This document shows positions 47,597 to 56,482 of a DNA stretch of 64,000 nt, piece by piece. The translations under genes were made by a program, and so were the position numbers. Position 1 is the first letter of the stretch, and each line of letters begins with the position of its first letter. The notes below the pieces were generated by a model, which saw nothing but the letters and a program-made list of their open reading frames with translations, had not been told where the DNA came from and did not search any database. This DNA is from Escherichia phage vB_EcoM_11B_SA_NWU, in the sequence record OR062527. The stretch is one strand, 5' to 3'.

Positions 47597-48615
47597 TAGT
47601 TTAGTGCATTTAGTGCGTTGTTCAATTTAGAACGTTGCTTCGTGAGATTTTTTACTTTTTCTTGAGCTTTTTCTAGCATCTTTTCAGCTTCTAACGCTTC
47701 ATTAGTTGCTTTAACGAGTTCATCATCTACTGCCTTGATAGACTTCTCAATCGCATCCGCGTGCCATTTTTCAACAGGTTTAAGACTAGGATTTTCAACA
47801 GGAAGAAAATTCACTTTATTAAATTTCCATGCATCTTTATTACCTGAACTATACATCCAAAATTTAGGATCGTTTGATGAGCAATTAGATAAATTTAAGT
47901 TATCTTGTACTTCCTGCTTTTTCTCTTGCGTGACTTCGTCTTTTCTCAAAAAATCATATTTAAATGAAACGATCATATCAAGTTCATATGTTGTTGTATG
48001 TTCCCAATTTCGCTCAAAACGAGGTAAAATCTTAGATTGAACAGCAGCAACAACATCCATATACTTAAATGCTTCTGTCAGCTGTGATTTAAGACATTCA
48101 CAAATTGAACGAGAATTTTTAGTATTAGGTTTAAAGCTAATTCGTGCAGTTCTATTATTTTCTTTAGATGGTCTTACTTCCATTTGAAGAGTATAACCAT
48201 CAAATTTCAGATTCTTTAAGTTAATATCAGAACCTTTTAATCGACTAGCAGTAGACAAAATTTGCTTTAATTGTTTACGGAATAGAGCAATAAATCTCCA
48301 TTCAAGACGATAATGATTTGGATTAAAAAATCCTGTTGATAAATCAACCTTACTCTGACCAACGCCTTGAACAAATAGAGGATTTTTATAATCAATAGTT
48401 TTACAGAAATCGGTGAGCTGCTCACGAGCAGTCATTTGTGTAATATATCCCGCTTTACTAAAATGACGTAACCATTCACTGCTATTCATATACTTAAAGT
48501 GAATGGAACTATTAACTCTATCAGGGTCTAAATTATTTTGGCACAAAAATGTCATAACATTACGGGTATAGCTGGCATTACGAACCATATCTTCAATTTG
48601 AGAACGAGTTTTCAT
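47596..48615 (-). CDS. nrdC-block protein with C-terminal coiled coil (339 aa)
   Basis: N-terminus MKTRSQ resembles that of the 309-aa ORF (MKTRKH). Confidence 0.6.
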   Translation of the reverse strand: MKTRSQIEDMVRNASYTRNVMTFLCQNNLDPDRVNSSIHFKYMNSSEWLRHFSKAGYITQMTAREQLTDFCKTIDYKNPLFVQGVGQSKVDLSTGFFNPNHYRLEWRFIALFRKQLKQILSTASRLKGSDINLKNLKFDGYTLQMEVRPSKENNRTARISFKPNTKNSRSICECLKSQLTEAFKYMDVVAAVQSKILPRFERNWEHTTTYELDMIVSFKYDFLRKDEVTQEKKQEVQDNLNLSNCSSNDPKFWMYSSGNKDAWKFNKVNFLPVENPSLKPVEKWHADAIEKSIKAVDDELVKATNEALEAEKMLEKAQEKVKNLTKQRSKLNNALNALN

Positions 48616-48623
48616 GGTGTTCC

Positions 48624-49532
48624 TTAAGATTTAAGTAAATCAACAATTTTAATTAATTTTTCACGCTCAGATTTAGCTTTACTACTCAATCCAGATAGTC
48701 TGAAAATTTCATCGTCATACTGTTGAATAGAAATATTCAGCTCTTCAATTTGCTTATTAAAATAATCAATTTGCTCAGAATGTTTTTCATTACTGCGAAC
48801 TGGTACAGGTTTTGTAGGCAATTTAGTTAAACTGGATTCATCCGGGCGATAAATTAAAATACAACTTGAACCAATCGGGCATTTAGCACCAGACACATAT
48901 TCTAATGTTCCGGCTTCTTTTAAAACTTCAAAAGCTAAACAGAGATGATGCCCCATATTAACATAATCTGTAGAGCGAGCTCTGACGTAATAATCATCTC
49001 CGCGAATACTAAATTTAAAGCATTTAAGGTCTTCTGTATTATTGGTCTTAAAAATCATTTGTTTATCTAGACCTTTAGCTAATCGAGCGCCTAATGCTAA
49101 TAATCGTCGTTGATTTTCCCACAAATCTGCGATCATTTGGTCAAATGATAATTTCGGCATTAGTCGACCGTAAAGATCATAGCCTTTATTATAATTGCGA
49201 AGAATTTCACTCGCGTTAATACGAGACAACGCTCCAATTTTATTAAGGGCTTTCATGATGCGATTAGATAAACCCATTCCAGACCCGTTTGTTCGTTGTA
49301 AATGTTTATCTAATCCAAACCCAATATCAACTTTAAATTTATCTAAAATTTCAGCATGAACATCTCTGTCAATAACATTCAAATCCAAAGTTGGGTTAAA
49401 TCTATGAAAAAATTTATCTGGCTCTCCACGACGAAGTACAGTCCATTCATTCAATTTTTTATTAACTAAAGATTTAATTACTGCATTGACATTATTAATT
49501 ACTACTGACATATTTTCCTCACTCAATTTCAA
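48624..49532 (-). CDS. nrdC-block protein with C-terminal coiled coil (302 aa)
   Basis: Minus-strand ORF. Confidence 0.6.
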   Translation of the reverse strand: MKLSEENMSVVINNVNAVIKSLVNKKLNEWTVLRRGEPDKFFHRFNPTLDLNVIDRDVHAEILDKFKVDIGFGLDKHLQRTNGSGMGLSNRIMKALNKIGALSRINASEILRNYNKGYDLYGRLMPKLSFDQMIADLWENQRRLLALGARLAKGLDKQMIFKTNNTEDLKCFKFSIRGDDYYVRARSTDYVNMGHHLCLAFEVLKEAGTLEYVSGAKCPIGSSCILIYRPDESSLTKLPTKPVPVRSNEKHSEQIDYFNKQIEELNISIQQYDDEIFRLSGLSSKAKSEREKLIKIVDLLKS

Positions 49533-49926
49533 TTTTACTAAATACGCAGAATATGATGGAAAAGACTATATAAGCACCGCATACAGATTGAACTAATACC
49601 ATTCCAAAGAACCAAACAATATTATCAAACAATGTCTGTTTTACGTCGAAAGGACGTAAACTTACAGTAATATTATCACCTTTTTCTATTGAAGAATACA
49701 TCTCTGGTGAAATATATTCGCTAAATCTATAACCGTCTTTGAGTTCATACACAGCAATAAACGATAAACTAGACCCCTTTCCTTGAGTTCCTGTGATAGT
49801 ATTAACTACAGTAACATCATAATCTTTATAATGCATATAATCATTAATTGCGTAATAACCATATGCAATTACTACACATAAACAACATATCAATAAATTC
49901 AATCTTTTAATTATCAACTGTTTCAT
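49519..49926 (-). CDS. membrane protein (135 aa)
   Basis: N- and C-terminal hydrophobic helices. Confidence 0.55.
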   Translation of the reverse strand: MKQLIIKRLNLLICCLCVVIAYGYYAINDYMHYKDYDVTVVNTITGTQGKGSSLSFIAVYELKDGYRFSEYISPEMYSSIEKGDNITVSLRPFDVKQTLFDNIVWFFGMVLVQSVCGAYIVFSIIFCVFSKIEIE

Positions 49927-49981
49927 AATAATCTCAATTAAAAGGGCTTAGAACCATTATACCATCCTTGGTATAAAGCGG

Positions 49982-50509
49982 TTATGCGAGTACCGTCTTT
50001 AACCGTTCTTCAAACTTCCGAAGAGTATTCTGGCGTTCAGCTCTTTGCTTTTTGTAAGTTTCAATACGCTCTGAAATGAGAGTGTATCGTTCATTTACTG
50101 ATTCTTTCATAAAATCAGGAATTTCACGAGAAGCTTTAATCTCGTCAAATTTATCAATAACAGCTTGCTCTTCAGCAATTAAGTTATCATACATTAAAAT
50201 ATCTTTCTTGATGAACTCAATATCTTCTTGAGTTACACGAGATAATTTAGATGCTTTATCCTTTTTGTACTGTTCGTTAGTATCACGAGACCAGTGTAAT
50301 GTACGATTTTTATTCGTATTCTTGTAAATTTCTACAATACCAATCTCATCAATAATAACGATCCAATTCCAGCGAGATTTGTAAATTTGTCCTCCATCAA
50401 CAGTGATTTCACCTCCGATTGAGATGTCATTAAAGAACTTGCTTTGTGCTTCAGATTTAAATTTACCATCATTGTAATTTACCAAGTTGAAAATATCTTT
50501 AGCATTCAT
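49982..50509 (-). CDS. coiled-coil protein (about 175 aa; start at internal Met)
   Basis: GGAGG Shine-Dalgarno before the ATG at 50509; the track N-terminus reads through promoter DNA. Confidence 0.55.
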   Translation of the reverse strand: MNAKDIFNLVNYNDGKFKSEAQSKFFNDISIGGEITVDGGQIYKSRWNWIVIIDEIGIVEIYKNTNKNRTLHWSRDTNEQYKKDKASKLSRVTQEDIEFIKKDILMYDNLIAEEQAVIDKFDEIKASREIPDFMKESVNERYTLISERIETYKKQRAERQNTLRKFEERLKTVLA

Positions 50510-50525
50510 TTTCTGTTCCTCCGTA

Positions 50526-50558
50526 GTTGATAGTTGTATAGTACCACAGAGGAACAGT
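50526..50558. repeat. 33-bp dispersed repeat copy 2
   Basis: Identical to 25266-25298. Confidence 0.7.
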
Positions 50559-50567
50559 CTTGTAAAC
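50531..50567 (-). promoter_or_regulatory. T4-type early promoter
   Basis: GTTTACAAGACTGTTCCTCTGTGGTACTATAC. Confidence 0.55.
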
Positions 50568-50569
50568 AA

Positions 50570-50884
50570 CTAAAAGAAACTTCTTTCACAATTTTTTCCA
50601 CTGAACCAGGCGCTCACTGCTTTCTTAGTCTCAGGAGCAGTGTTATCCATAAACCATTCAAAGGCAGCCTTTTTATGATTCTGGAGGGCTTCTCGGGCTT
50701 TAATCTGCTCACGGTCTATTAACACTAACACATGAGCCTTTCTTGTCACCATGGGCTTCTTATGATTTTTTGAATACTCCCAGTCATTTGTCCATCGCAT
50801 CGTTGTTGCGAACTGGAATACAGCTTCTTTAATTTTAGTTTCGTAAATTTCACGAGCCTTTGAGTATAACATTACTACCTCCAT
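50570..50884 (-). CDS. small basic protein (104 aa)
   Basis: Minus-strand ORF. Confidence 0.5.
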   Translation of the reverse strand: MEVVMLYSKAREIYETKIKEAVFQFATTMRWTNDWEYSKNHKKPMVTRKAHVLVLIDREQIKAREALQNHKKAAFEWFMDNTAPETKKAVSAWFSGKNCERSFF

Positions 50885-50975
50885 TCACCAGTTTAATTCT
50901 AGTCATCTTTTTAATGGCAGTCCATATAATCTATTTTTTGAACTGCCTTTTTGTCTTAGAAGGCCTCTTATGAAT

Positions 50976-51944
50976 TTATTTCAGAAGAGTAACCTCAGCG
51001 ATTTCTTCCCAACCGTTTTTGTCGGTCATAATAAAGTCAGCAAGATAAAGAGCAGTACGCAGTGAAACATTGCGTAAACGATTAACATTGACTTTCATCC
51101 ATGATAATGCTTTATAAGTTTCTTCATCAGAAAGACCGCGCTTTTGCATCATGTCAGTTGAAAGAATAACATCTTCAACCCTGACCATAATTTCTTCATT
51201 AGTGTGAACACCCAAATCCAAATAAACCGAGCGGGACACTAATGCTTGTAAATGTGGAGCAAGTTTAGTACCACGGTCTAATTCGCGGTCAATGTCAACG
51301 TTTGTGATAAAAACAATCGTTCCTTTAAATTCAAACTCACGCTCAATACCTTTTTCTTCTAAGTAAGAAGATGCAGTGCTCCAGCAGACTTTACGGGTCT
51401 CTCCAGTGTCCAGAGCAGCTTTTAGAAGATTAAGAATGTCCATATCAGAGAAAACATCCACATCATCAATCAAAAGGACAGAATTCTCTTCACGATTATT
51501 CCAAAGCTGCTCATAAAGACCAATACCAGAGATTTTACCATTAATGCTTTTATATTCAATGTATCCAATATCATTTGCTTTATTTAAAGCTTTATCTAAA
51601 GAATATGTTTTACCAATACCTGCCGCACCAGAGATAATTAATGAACGAATGTTTCCGTTAATAATACCATTCGTCATCATTCCCATAACATTAAATCTTT
51701 TATTAATGCGGGTTTTCATATCTTCATATGATTCTTTAACTTCTTCAACTTTTACACCATCATATGAAATATCTGACTTGTAAACCCAAACACCGCGACG
51801 TTTACCGTCAATTTCAACAAAAACTTTACCATCTCCTTGTGCATCTACCGGAGCATTATCTGGGAACCATTCGCCTAAGAGCTCAAAAGTTCCAGAGATT
51901 TCTTTACCGAAGTAGATACCCTTATTGATAGTTACAGTTTTCAT
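50976..51944 (-). CDS. P-loop ATPase, AAA-like (about 322 aa; start at Met7)
   Basis: Walker A GAAGIGKT and Walker B LLIDDVD; GGAG Shine-Dalgarno before the ATG at 51944. Confidence 0.6.
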   Translation of the reverse strand: MKTVTINKGIYFGKEISGTFELLGEWFPDNAPVDAQGDGKVFVEIDGKRRGVWVYKSDISYDGVKVEEVKESYEDMKTRINKRFNVMGMMTNGIINGNIRSLIISGAAGIGKTYSLDKALNKANDIGYIEYKSINGKISGIGLYEQLWNNREENSVLLIDDVDVFSDMDILNLLKAALDTGETRKVCWSTASSYLEEKGIEREFEFKGTIVFITNVDIDRELDRGTKLAPHLQALVSRSVYLDLGVHTNEEIMVRVEDVILSTDMMQKRGLSDEETYKALSWMKVNVNRLRNVSLRTALYLADFIMTDKNGWEEIAEVTLLK

Positions 51945-51974
51945 TTTATTCTCCAATTTCACATTTGTTTTGAT

Positions 51975-52010
51975 AGGGTAATAGTATCACACTACTACCC
52001 TACTGTAAAC
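51975..52010 (-). promoter_or_regulatory. T4-type early promoter upstream of the AAA-like ATPase gene
   Basis: GTTTACAGTAGGGTAGTAGTGTGATACTAT; flanked by AGGGTA/TACCCT inverted repeats. Confidence 0.5.
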
Positions 52011-52013
52011 AAT

Positions 52014-52277
52014 TTATTTTATTGTTCGCCAAATTTTTACTGCTTCACGACGAGATACTTCTATAGCTCCAAGTTCTACAGCTTTTTGGCGTCGTCGAGC
52101 ATGTAAGTCATAATGTTTAATGCGTTTATCTTGAAACCAAGAACGTTTCATTCCTATTGCTTCTGCTATTTCATGGAGCTCTTCAATATCTCCATCAGTG
52201 AACATATGACAATTTTTAGTTGGATGACCGCGAAGTTTCCATCCATGATTCATTAAAACATCTACGTAAACTGTCAT
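52014..52277 (-). CDS. DUF4031-like small protein (87 aa)
   Basis: Pattern MTVYVD...HMF...ELH...IG..R.WFQ...HYDL...A...GA recalled as typical of the DUF4031 family. Confidence 0.5.
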   Translation of the reverse strand: MTVYVDVLMNHGWKLRGHPTKNCHMFTDGDIEELHEIAEAIGMKRSWFQDKRIKHYDLHARRRQKAVELGAIEVSRREAVKIWRTIK

Positions 52278-52423
52278 TGATTCTGCTCCAAATATGTTTC
52301 TATAATTTTCTGGGCGAGATAAACTGCGTTATCTTCAGTTGCATCTTCTAAGAAACTTTCAAAACACTCTGAAATTTCTTCTGTGTCAATCAACTTTTTT
52401 ACTTCAATTGGTGTAATTTTCAT
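52274..52423 (-). CDS. acidic micro-ORF (49 aa), weak support
   Basis: Hand-translated MKITPIEVKKLIDTEEISE...; ATGA overlap with the downstream start. Confidence 0.35.
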   Translation of the reverse strand: MKITPIEVKKLIDTEEISECFESFLEDATEDNAVYLAQKIIETYLEQNQ

Positions 52424-52480
52424 TTTGTTTTCCGTTTATGTGTTTGTTTTGATAGTTGTATAGTACCATAAAATTTTGAA

Positions 52481-52506
52481 ATAAAAAAGGGAGCCCGAAG
52501 GCTCCC
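52481..52506 (-). terminator. rho-independent terminator after the nucleotidyltransferase-like gene
   Basis: GGGAGCC-UUCG-GGCUCCC then UUUUUUAU. Confidence 0.7.
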
Positions 52507-52508
52507 TA

Positions 52509-53522
52509 TCATTTATAATAACTTCGATGGTTTTCAAGATAGACCTTCTCAAGGAAGTCATCCCAGAAACCCATGTCTACTTTTTGTTGCATACCGTTCT
52601 TAGAAGCTTCAGTAGATGCTGCTTCTACTTGATCGACCACATCTTCCAAAAACTCTTGAACTGTTTTAAATGGATGTTTACCCAACTTCACGTCGAGAAT
52701 AAATGGAGCATCTTTGAGTGGATAGACCAAGTCGCCAGTTTTGTAAATTTCCAATAGTTGAAGTCCACCACGACAAGCATGACTCAGAGCTTTCCAGTCA
52801 ATGCCTTCATTCGCTTCAGCCTTACGAGCACGTTCGCCGTATTCAGCATCTAATTTGTTCAGTGACTGCTTAAGCTCAATAATAGAAAGCGTTGTCTGAT
52901 ATTTACGACCCAACACAGTGTAGAACGTTTGTGGACCTGTTTTCTCATGATTATGGAATACCCATTCACAGAATTCATTCTCTGGAAGACGATGCTTAAT
53001 ATCTTCAACCTTGGTACGACGCAAGTGGTCTGGAATACCTTCTTGATAGTCAACCCATTGCTCAGGGATTTGATTAACTACTTTCAATACATCGCGTAAT
53101 GCTGCCAAACGAGAACCCTTGACACCGTATTTAGAAGCTTGCTTGCGAACATATCCTAAATAGGATTTCATATTAGTCGTATAGAAACGAGAGCGGTTGT
53201 CTTGAATAAACTTCCACACATCAGGCAAATCAGATTTAACCACTAGTTCAGGTGGAGTGTGAAGCATATCCAATGCTACAGTTTCACCATCTGCTGCTAA
53301 TTTAAAGAAATACTTAAGACTGTATAGTTCATGGTCAATATCATCTTTAGTGTTTTTAGATGATGTGTTGTTGGTGTTTTTACTCATGTGCTCTTTGACA
53401 TTTCCGATAAGAATATCGCGAGCAGGAGGAACAAAGATTTCTTTAAAATCTACATCAGATTCTGGGGTAGAAGTTCCATAAAGATGACTACCAAAATAGC
53501 TTTTCATTACTGTTTTCATCAT
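52509..53522 (-). CDS. Pol-beta-superfamily minimal nucleotidyltransferase-like protein (337 aa)
   Basis: N-terminal GSHLYGTSTPESDVDF (GS-x11-DxD) motif; strong terminator downstream. Confidence 0.55.
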   Translation of the reverse strand: MMKTVMKSYFGSHLYGTSTPESDVDFKEIFVPPARDILIGNVKEHMSKNTNNTSSKNTKDDIDHELYSLKYFFKLAADGETVALDMLHTPPELVVKSDLPDVWKFIQDNRSRFYTTNMKSYLGYVRKQASKYGVKGSRLAALRDVLKVVNQIPEQWVDYQEGIPDHLRRTKVEDIKHRLPENEFCEWVFHNHEKTGPQTFYTVLGRKYQTTLSIIELKQSLNKLDAEYGERARKAEANEGIDWKALSHACRGGLQLLEIYKTGDLVYPLKDAPFILDVKLGKHPFKTVQEFLEDVVDQVEAASTEASKNGMQQKVDMGFWDDFLEKVYLENHRSYYK

Positions 53523-53980
53523 TCAGCCTTATATTCAATAACAGGACATACTTTAGCTTTACGAGCTTTTAAAAATTCAACGATAACCGATTTCTTGGGT
53601 TGAATAGGAGGTAAACCTTTATTTTTCCTATCAATGTTTTCTACGTGTAAAGCATAATCCTTTTTCCATTTATAATCTTTATATTTTTCACGCAAATGTA
53701 CAGGAATAACAAATAAACCAATAATAAGTAAAACAACCAAAAGCGCAAGTATAAATGCCGATGGAAGAAGAGTCCATAAACTACCGAAAATAAGCCAACG
53801 CTGTAGGCTTTCTGTACAAATAATTGTTAGCCCTACGAGTATAGCACATCCAAAAATAGAAACGAAAAATGTAGGAATAGCAATAGACCAAAAATATGCG
53901 CATAGTGTCTTAGGTCGTTGCCATTCATCGTTAAACAATTTGAATAATTTATAGTGCCAAGAGTTTTCATTAATAATCAT
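53519..53980 (-). CDS. membrane protein (153 aa)
   Basis: Multiple hydrophobic helices. Confidence 0.55.
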   Translation of the reverse strand: MIINENSWHYKLFKLFNDEWQRPKTLCAYFWSIAIPTFFVSIFGCAILVGLTIICTESLQRWLIFGSLWTLLPSAFILALLVVLLIIGLFVIPVHLREKYKDYKWKKDYALHVENIDRKNKGLPPIQPKKSVIVEFLKARKAKVCPVIEYKAE

Positions 53981-53982
53981 AA

Positions 53983-54504
53983 TTATCCTTTCATTGAAGG
54001 CGTAACGGTTGTTAAATATTTAATCATAGCTTCAGCTTCTGATTTTGATAATGAAATTTCTTCATTGTTTTGACGAATAGAAATAAAATCCGGATGACGG
54101 TCACCACCAGCTTTTAAAACACACATATAAGTATCAACTTCGCCTTCAATATTTGAAATGATTGAAGCAGTTCCACATGAATGCGGTTTTTGATAAATCA
54201 ATACAGCTTTTCTTCCACCGTTTGATTGTTCATAGGCTTTTAATACATCAAGCAAATCAGTTCTTTTATCAATAGCTAAAATGTTATTTTCATCTTCAAT
54301 GTTAAATCCTTCGGATACTTCATAAAGCGTTACCCATAAATCACCAATGTCAATAACAGCATTTACTTTTCCACGGCTTTCAAGAGTATGACAAATTTTC
54401 TTGATTTCGTCATAACTCATTTTAATAATATCATCTCCTTGACTAAGAAAGATGTCATTTTTAAATTCAACACGAATTAAACCACTTCCACTTGAAATAA
54501 ACAT
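53983..54504 (-). CDS. tandem paralog A (173 aa)
   Basis: C-terminus SEAEAMIKYLTTVTPSMKG resembles that of the next ORF. Confidence 0.55.
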   Translation of the reverse strand: MFISSGSGLIRVEFKNDIFLSQGDDIIKMSYDEIKKICHTLESRGKVNAVIDIGDLWVTLYEVSEGFNIEDENNILAIDKRTDLLDVLKAYEQSNGGRKAVLIYQKPHSCGTASIISNIEGEVDTYMCVLKAGGDRHPDFISIRQNNEEISLSKSEAEAMIKYLTTVTPSMKG

Positions 54505-54510
54505 ATTTCC

Positions 54511-55065
54511 TCACTTTGAAATCATAGTTGGAATGACAGAATCAAGATAAGTCTTTAGCGCAATAGCTTCGTCTTTGGTAAATGTGACAATATGCGATCG
54601 AAAATCATCAATTTGACGAATAGTTAAGACATCACCATCTTCATAGCATTTTGATACGTTTAAAACAGTTTCATCATTCTGATTGCGAGCGTTAATAATA
54701 ATAGCATTGCAATTTTTGAGCCATTTTAAACTATGTTTTCTTTCATTAGAATAATAAAAATATTTAATCTTATCTATAAAACTATCCCAATGGATAACTG
54801 ATAAACACATTGACTCACTTTTAATATTAAATCCTGGGCATGAAGAATAAAAATGAATTTTGTGCTCATCATTGATGCTTACTATTTTATCAGTATAAGG
54901 ATATTCAATTTGGGTTAAATGAATGATTTCACTAGGCGTAAAATATAGCATATCGTCTTCTTGTGTCAAACGATACATATTATTTACTTTTTCTATAGCT
55001 AATTCACCAAAAAGCGGACTAACTTCTAATACTAATCGTTTCATATTAATCCTTTTTATTGGCAT
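54511..55065 (-). CDS. tandem paralog B (184 aa)
   Basis: C-terminus KDEAIALKTYLDSVIPTMISK resembles that of the previous ORF. Confidence 0.55.
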   Translation of the reverse strand: MPIKRINMKRLVLEVSPLFGELAIEKVNNMYRLTQEDDMLYFTPSEIIHLTQIEYPYTDKIVSINDEHKIHFYSSCPGFNIKSESMCLSVIHWDSFIDKIKYFYYSNERKHSLKWLKNCNAIIINARNQNDETVLNVSKCYEDGDVLTIRQIDDFRSHIVTFTKDEAIALKTYLDSVIPTMISK

Positions 55066-55324
55066 GAATTTTTTCTAAAATTTTAGAGTATTCCTTTGTA
55101 TCAGATTTACGTACAATTGATACGCTATAAGGCATACTATCAGTGTCTTTTATAAAGCGTTCCAAATGACACTCTAACAAAATTTCTGGGTTATAAATCG
55201 TGTACATCAAATTACCTGTTGCTCCACGATATTGACAGATTTCTACTGATTGAGCATCATTCCACAATTTTGTTAAGACTAAATCACCTACTTCTAATTT
55301 AGGAAAGCCCATGTTATTCACCAA
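55046..55324 (-). CDS. small protein (92 aa)
   Basis: Minus-strand ORF. Confidence 0.5.
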   Translation of the reverse strand: MVNNMGFPKLEVGDLVLTKLWNDAQSVEICQYRGATGNLMYTIYNPEILLECHLERFIKDTDSMPYSVSIVRKSDTKEYSKILEKIHANKKD

Positions 55325-55499
55325 TTAAAGTTTCAATATAAGAATCAAGATTTACTTTAGCTTCTTCCATAAGAGTTTTGTATTTAATCTTGTTGGCATG
55401 TCCGGAGAAAGCTGATTCATCAATAATTGTTGATGTATGAACAGCTTTACTATAAGTCTCAATTAATTCTCTTAATTTAAAAGCCTGCTCACTTGTCAT
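55314..55499 (-). CDS. small helical acidic protein (61 aa)
   Basis: MTSEQAFKLRELIE...; TAATG overlap with the upstream micro-ORF. Confidence 0.5.
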   Translation of the reverse strand: MTSEQAFKLRELIETYSKAVHTSTIIDESAFSGHANKIKYKTLMEEAKVNLDSYIETLIGE

Positions 55500-55603
55500 T
55501 ACATACTCCTTTGAATAATATCAATAATGTTGTTCACCAGATTATAAGTAAACATTGGGTAATTATATTGAATCATCACATACACAACAAACAAAACTTT
55601 CAT
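55499..55603 (-). CDS. hydrophobic micro-ORF (34 aa) with strong Shine-Dalgarno
   Basis: Hand-translated MKVLFVVYVMIQYNYPMFTYNLVNNIIDIIQRSM; AAGGAG 7 nt upstream; downstream of the early promoter at 55625-55661. Confidence 0.4.
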   Translation of the reverse strand: MKVLFVVYVMIQYNYPMFTYNLVNNIIDIIQRSM

Positions 55604-55624
55604 TCTCTTCTCCTTGGCAGTTGA

Positions 55625-55661
55625 CAAGATTACTATACCATAACCTTGCCAACTTGTAAAC
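55625..55661 (-). promoter_or_regulatory. T4-type early promoter
   Basis: GTTTACAAGTTGGCAAGGTTATGGTATAGT. Confidence 0.5.
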
Positions 55662-55663
55662 CG

Positions 55664-55837
55664 TTAAATGTTGTTTTCAATAAAATTTTGAAGCTTTGTG
55701 TGAGCATCAACCATGATTTTCATTTCTTCTTTGGCGAAAGCTGTACCTCTTTCCCGAGCAGAATACTCATAGTCAGAAACTGCATTAGCATATTCTTCAA
55801 TTAGCTTCATTAAAAACATCTGCTTTTCAGTTTTCAT
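55664..55837 (-). CDS. micro-ORF (57 aa)
   Basis: Hand-translated MKTEKQMFLMKLIEEYANAV...; AGGTGG Shine-Dalgarno. Confidence 0.45.
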   Translation of the reverse strand: MKTEKQMFLMKLIEEYANAVSDYEYSARERGTAFAKEEMKIMVDAHTKLQNFIENNI

Positions 55838-56021
55838 TATTCCACCTAATCATTTCAAGATATTGAACTAACTTAGCTTTAGATTTATCCAAATCCCTTT
55901 TAGCTGTTTCTATACCATCGTATGAATATCCTTCGCAATGCTCAACTGCTAATTGGTATGAATCTATTTCAATATCACGTGCTAATTTAATGATTTTTTC
56001 AAACTGTTCACGTGTCAGCAT
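55827..56021 (-). CDS. small helical acidic protein (64 aa)
   Basis: MLTREQFEKIIKLARDIE... Confidence 0.5.
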   Translation of the reverse strand: MLTREQFEKIIKLARDIEIDSYQLAVEHCEGYSYDGIETAKRDLDKSKAKLVQYLEMIRWNNEN

Positions 56022-56023
56022 AC

Positions 56024-56227
56024 TTAAACTCTCGTATTATGATCGATAATTTCATCAAGAAACATATCTAAAGCTTCTACAGCATTATCAACTTTATCTT
56101 CAAGTTCATCAATACCTTTATTCGCAATACCTGACGAAAACCAAGCAAAGTCGCTAAGTTCCTCATCTGCTTTACGAATTAAAGCTACCAATTCTTTAAT
56201 CTTATCCGCTTGTTCTACACTAATCAT
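56024..56227 (-). CDS. small helical acidic protein (67 aa; start at internal Met)
   Basis: [19 protein letters not shown]...; TAATG overlap with the upstream stop. Confidence 0.45.
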   Translation of the reverse strand: MISVEQADKIKELVALIRKADEELSDFAWFSSGIANKGIDELEDKVDNAVEALDMFLDEIIDHNTRV

Positions 56228-56415
56228 TATTCCACCACATATGAAAGAGAGAATATTGCACACGCCATGTGAGTTGCAGCTTCATCACACATGTTATAAC
56301 GTTTCTTAAGAAATTCTACAAGTTCTTCACTAGTAATTTCATCCATGTCGACGAAAAAATCGCCATTAATGATGACAAAAATATTTCCTTCTTGATTGAG
56401 TGCTTCAATTTTCAT
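56227..56415 (-). CDS. small protein (62 aa; start at internal Met)
   Basis: GAGGAG Shine-Dalgarno; the track extension reads through the promoter at 56438-56473. Confidence 0.5.
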   Translation of the reverse strand: MKIEALNQEGNIFVIINGDFFVDMDEITSEELVEFLKKRYNMCDEAATHMACAIFSLSYVVE

Positions 56416-56437
56416 GATGTTCTCCTCTTTATCTGAT

Positions 56438-56473
56438 AGTTGTATAGTACCACAGCTCAAACGGAAAGTAAAC
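56438..56473 (-). promoter_or_regulatory. T4-type early promoter
   Basis: GTTTACTTTCCGTTTGAGCTGTGGTACTATAC. Confidence 0.5.
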
Positions 56474-56482
56474 CGGTAAAAT

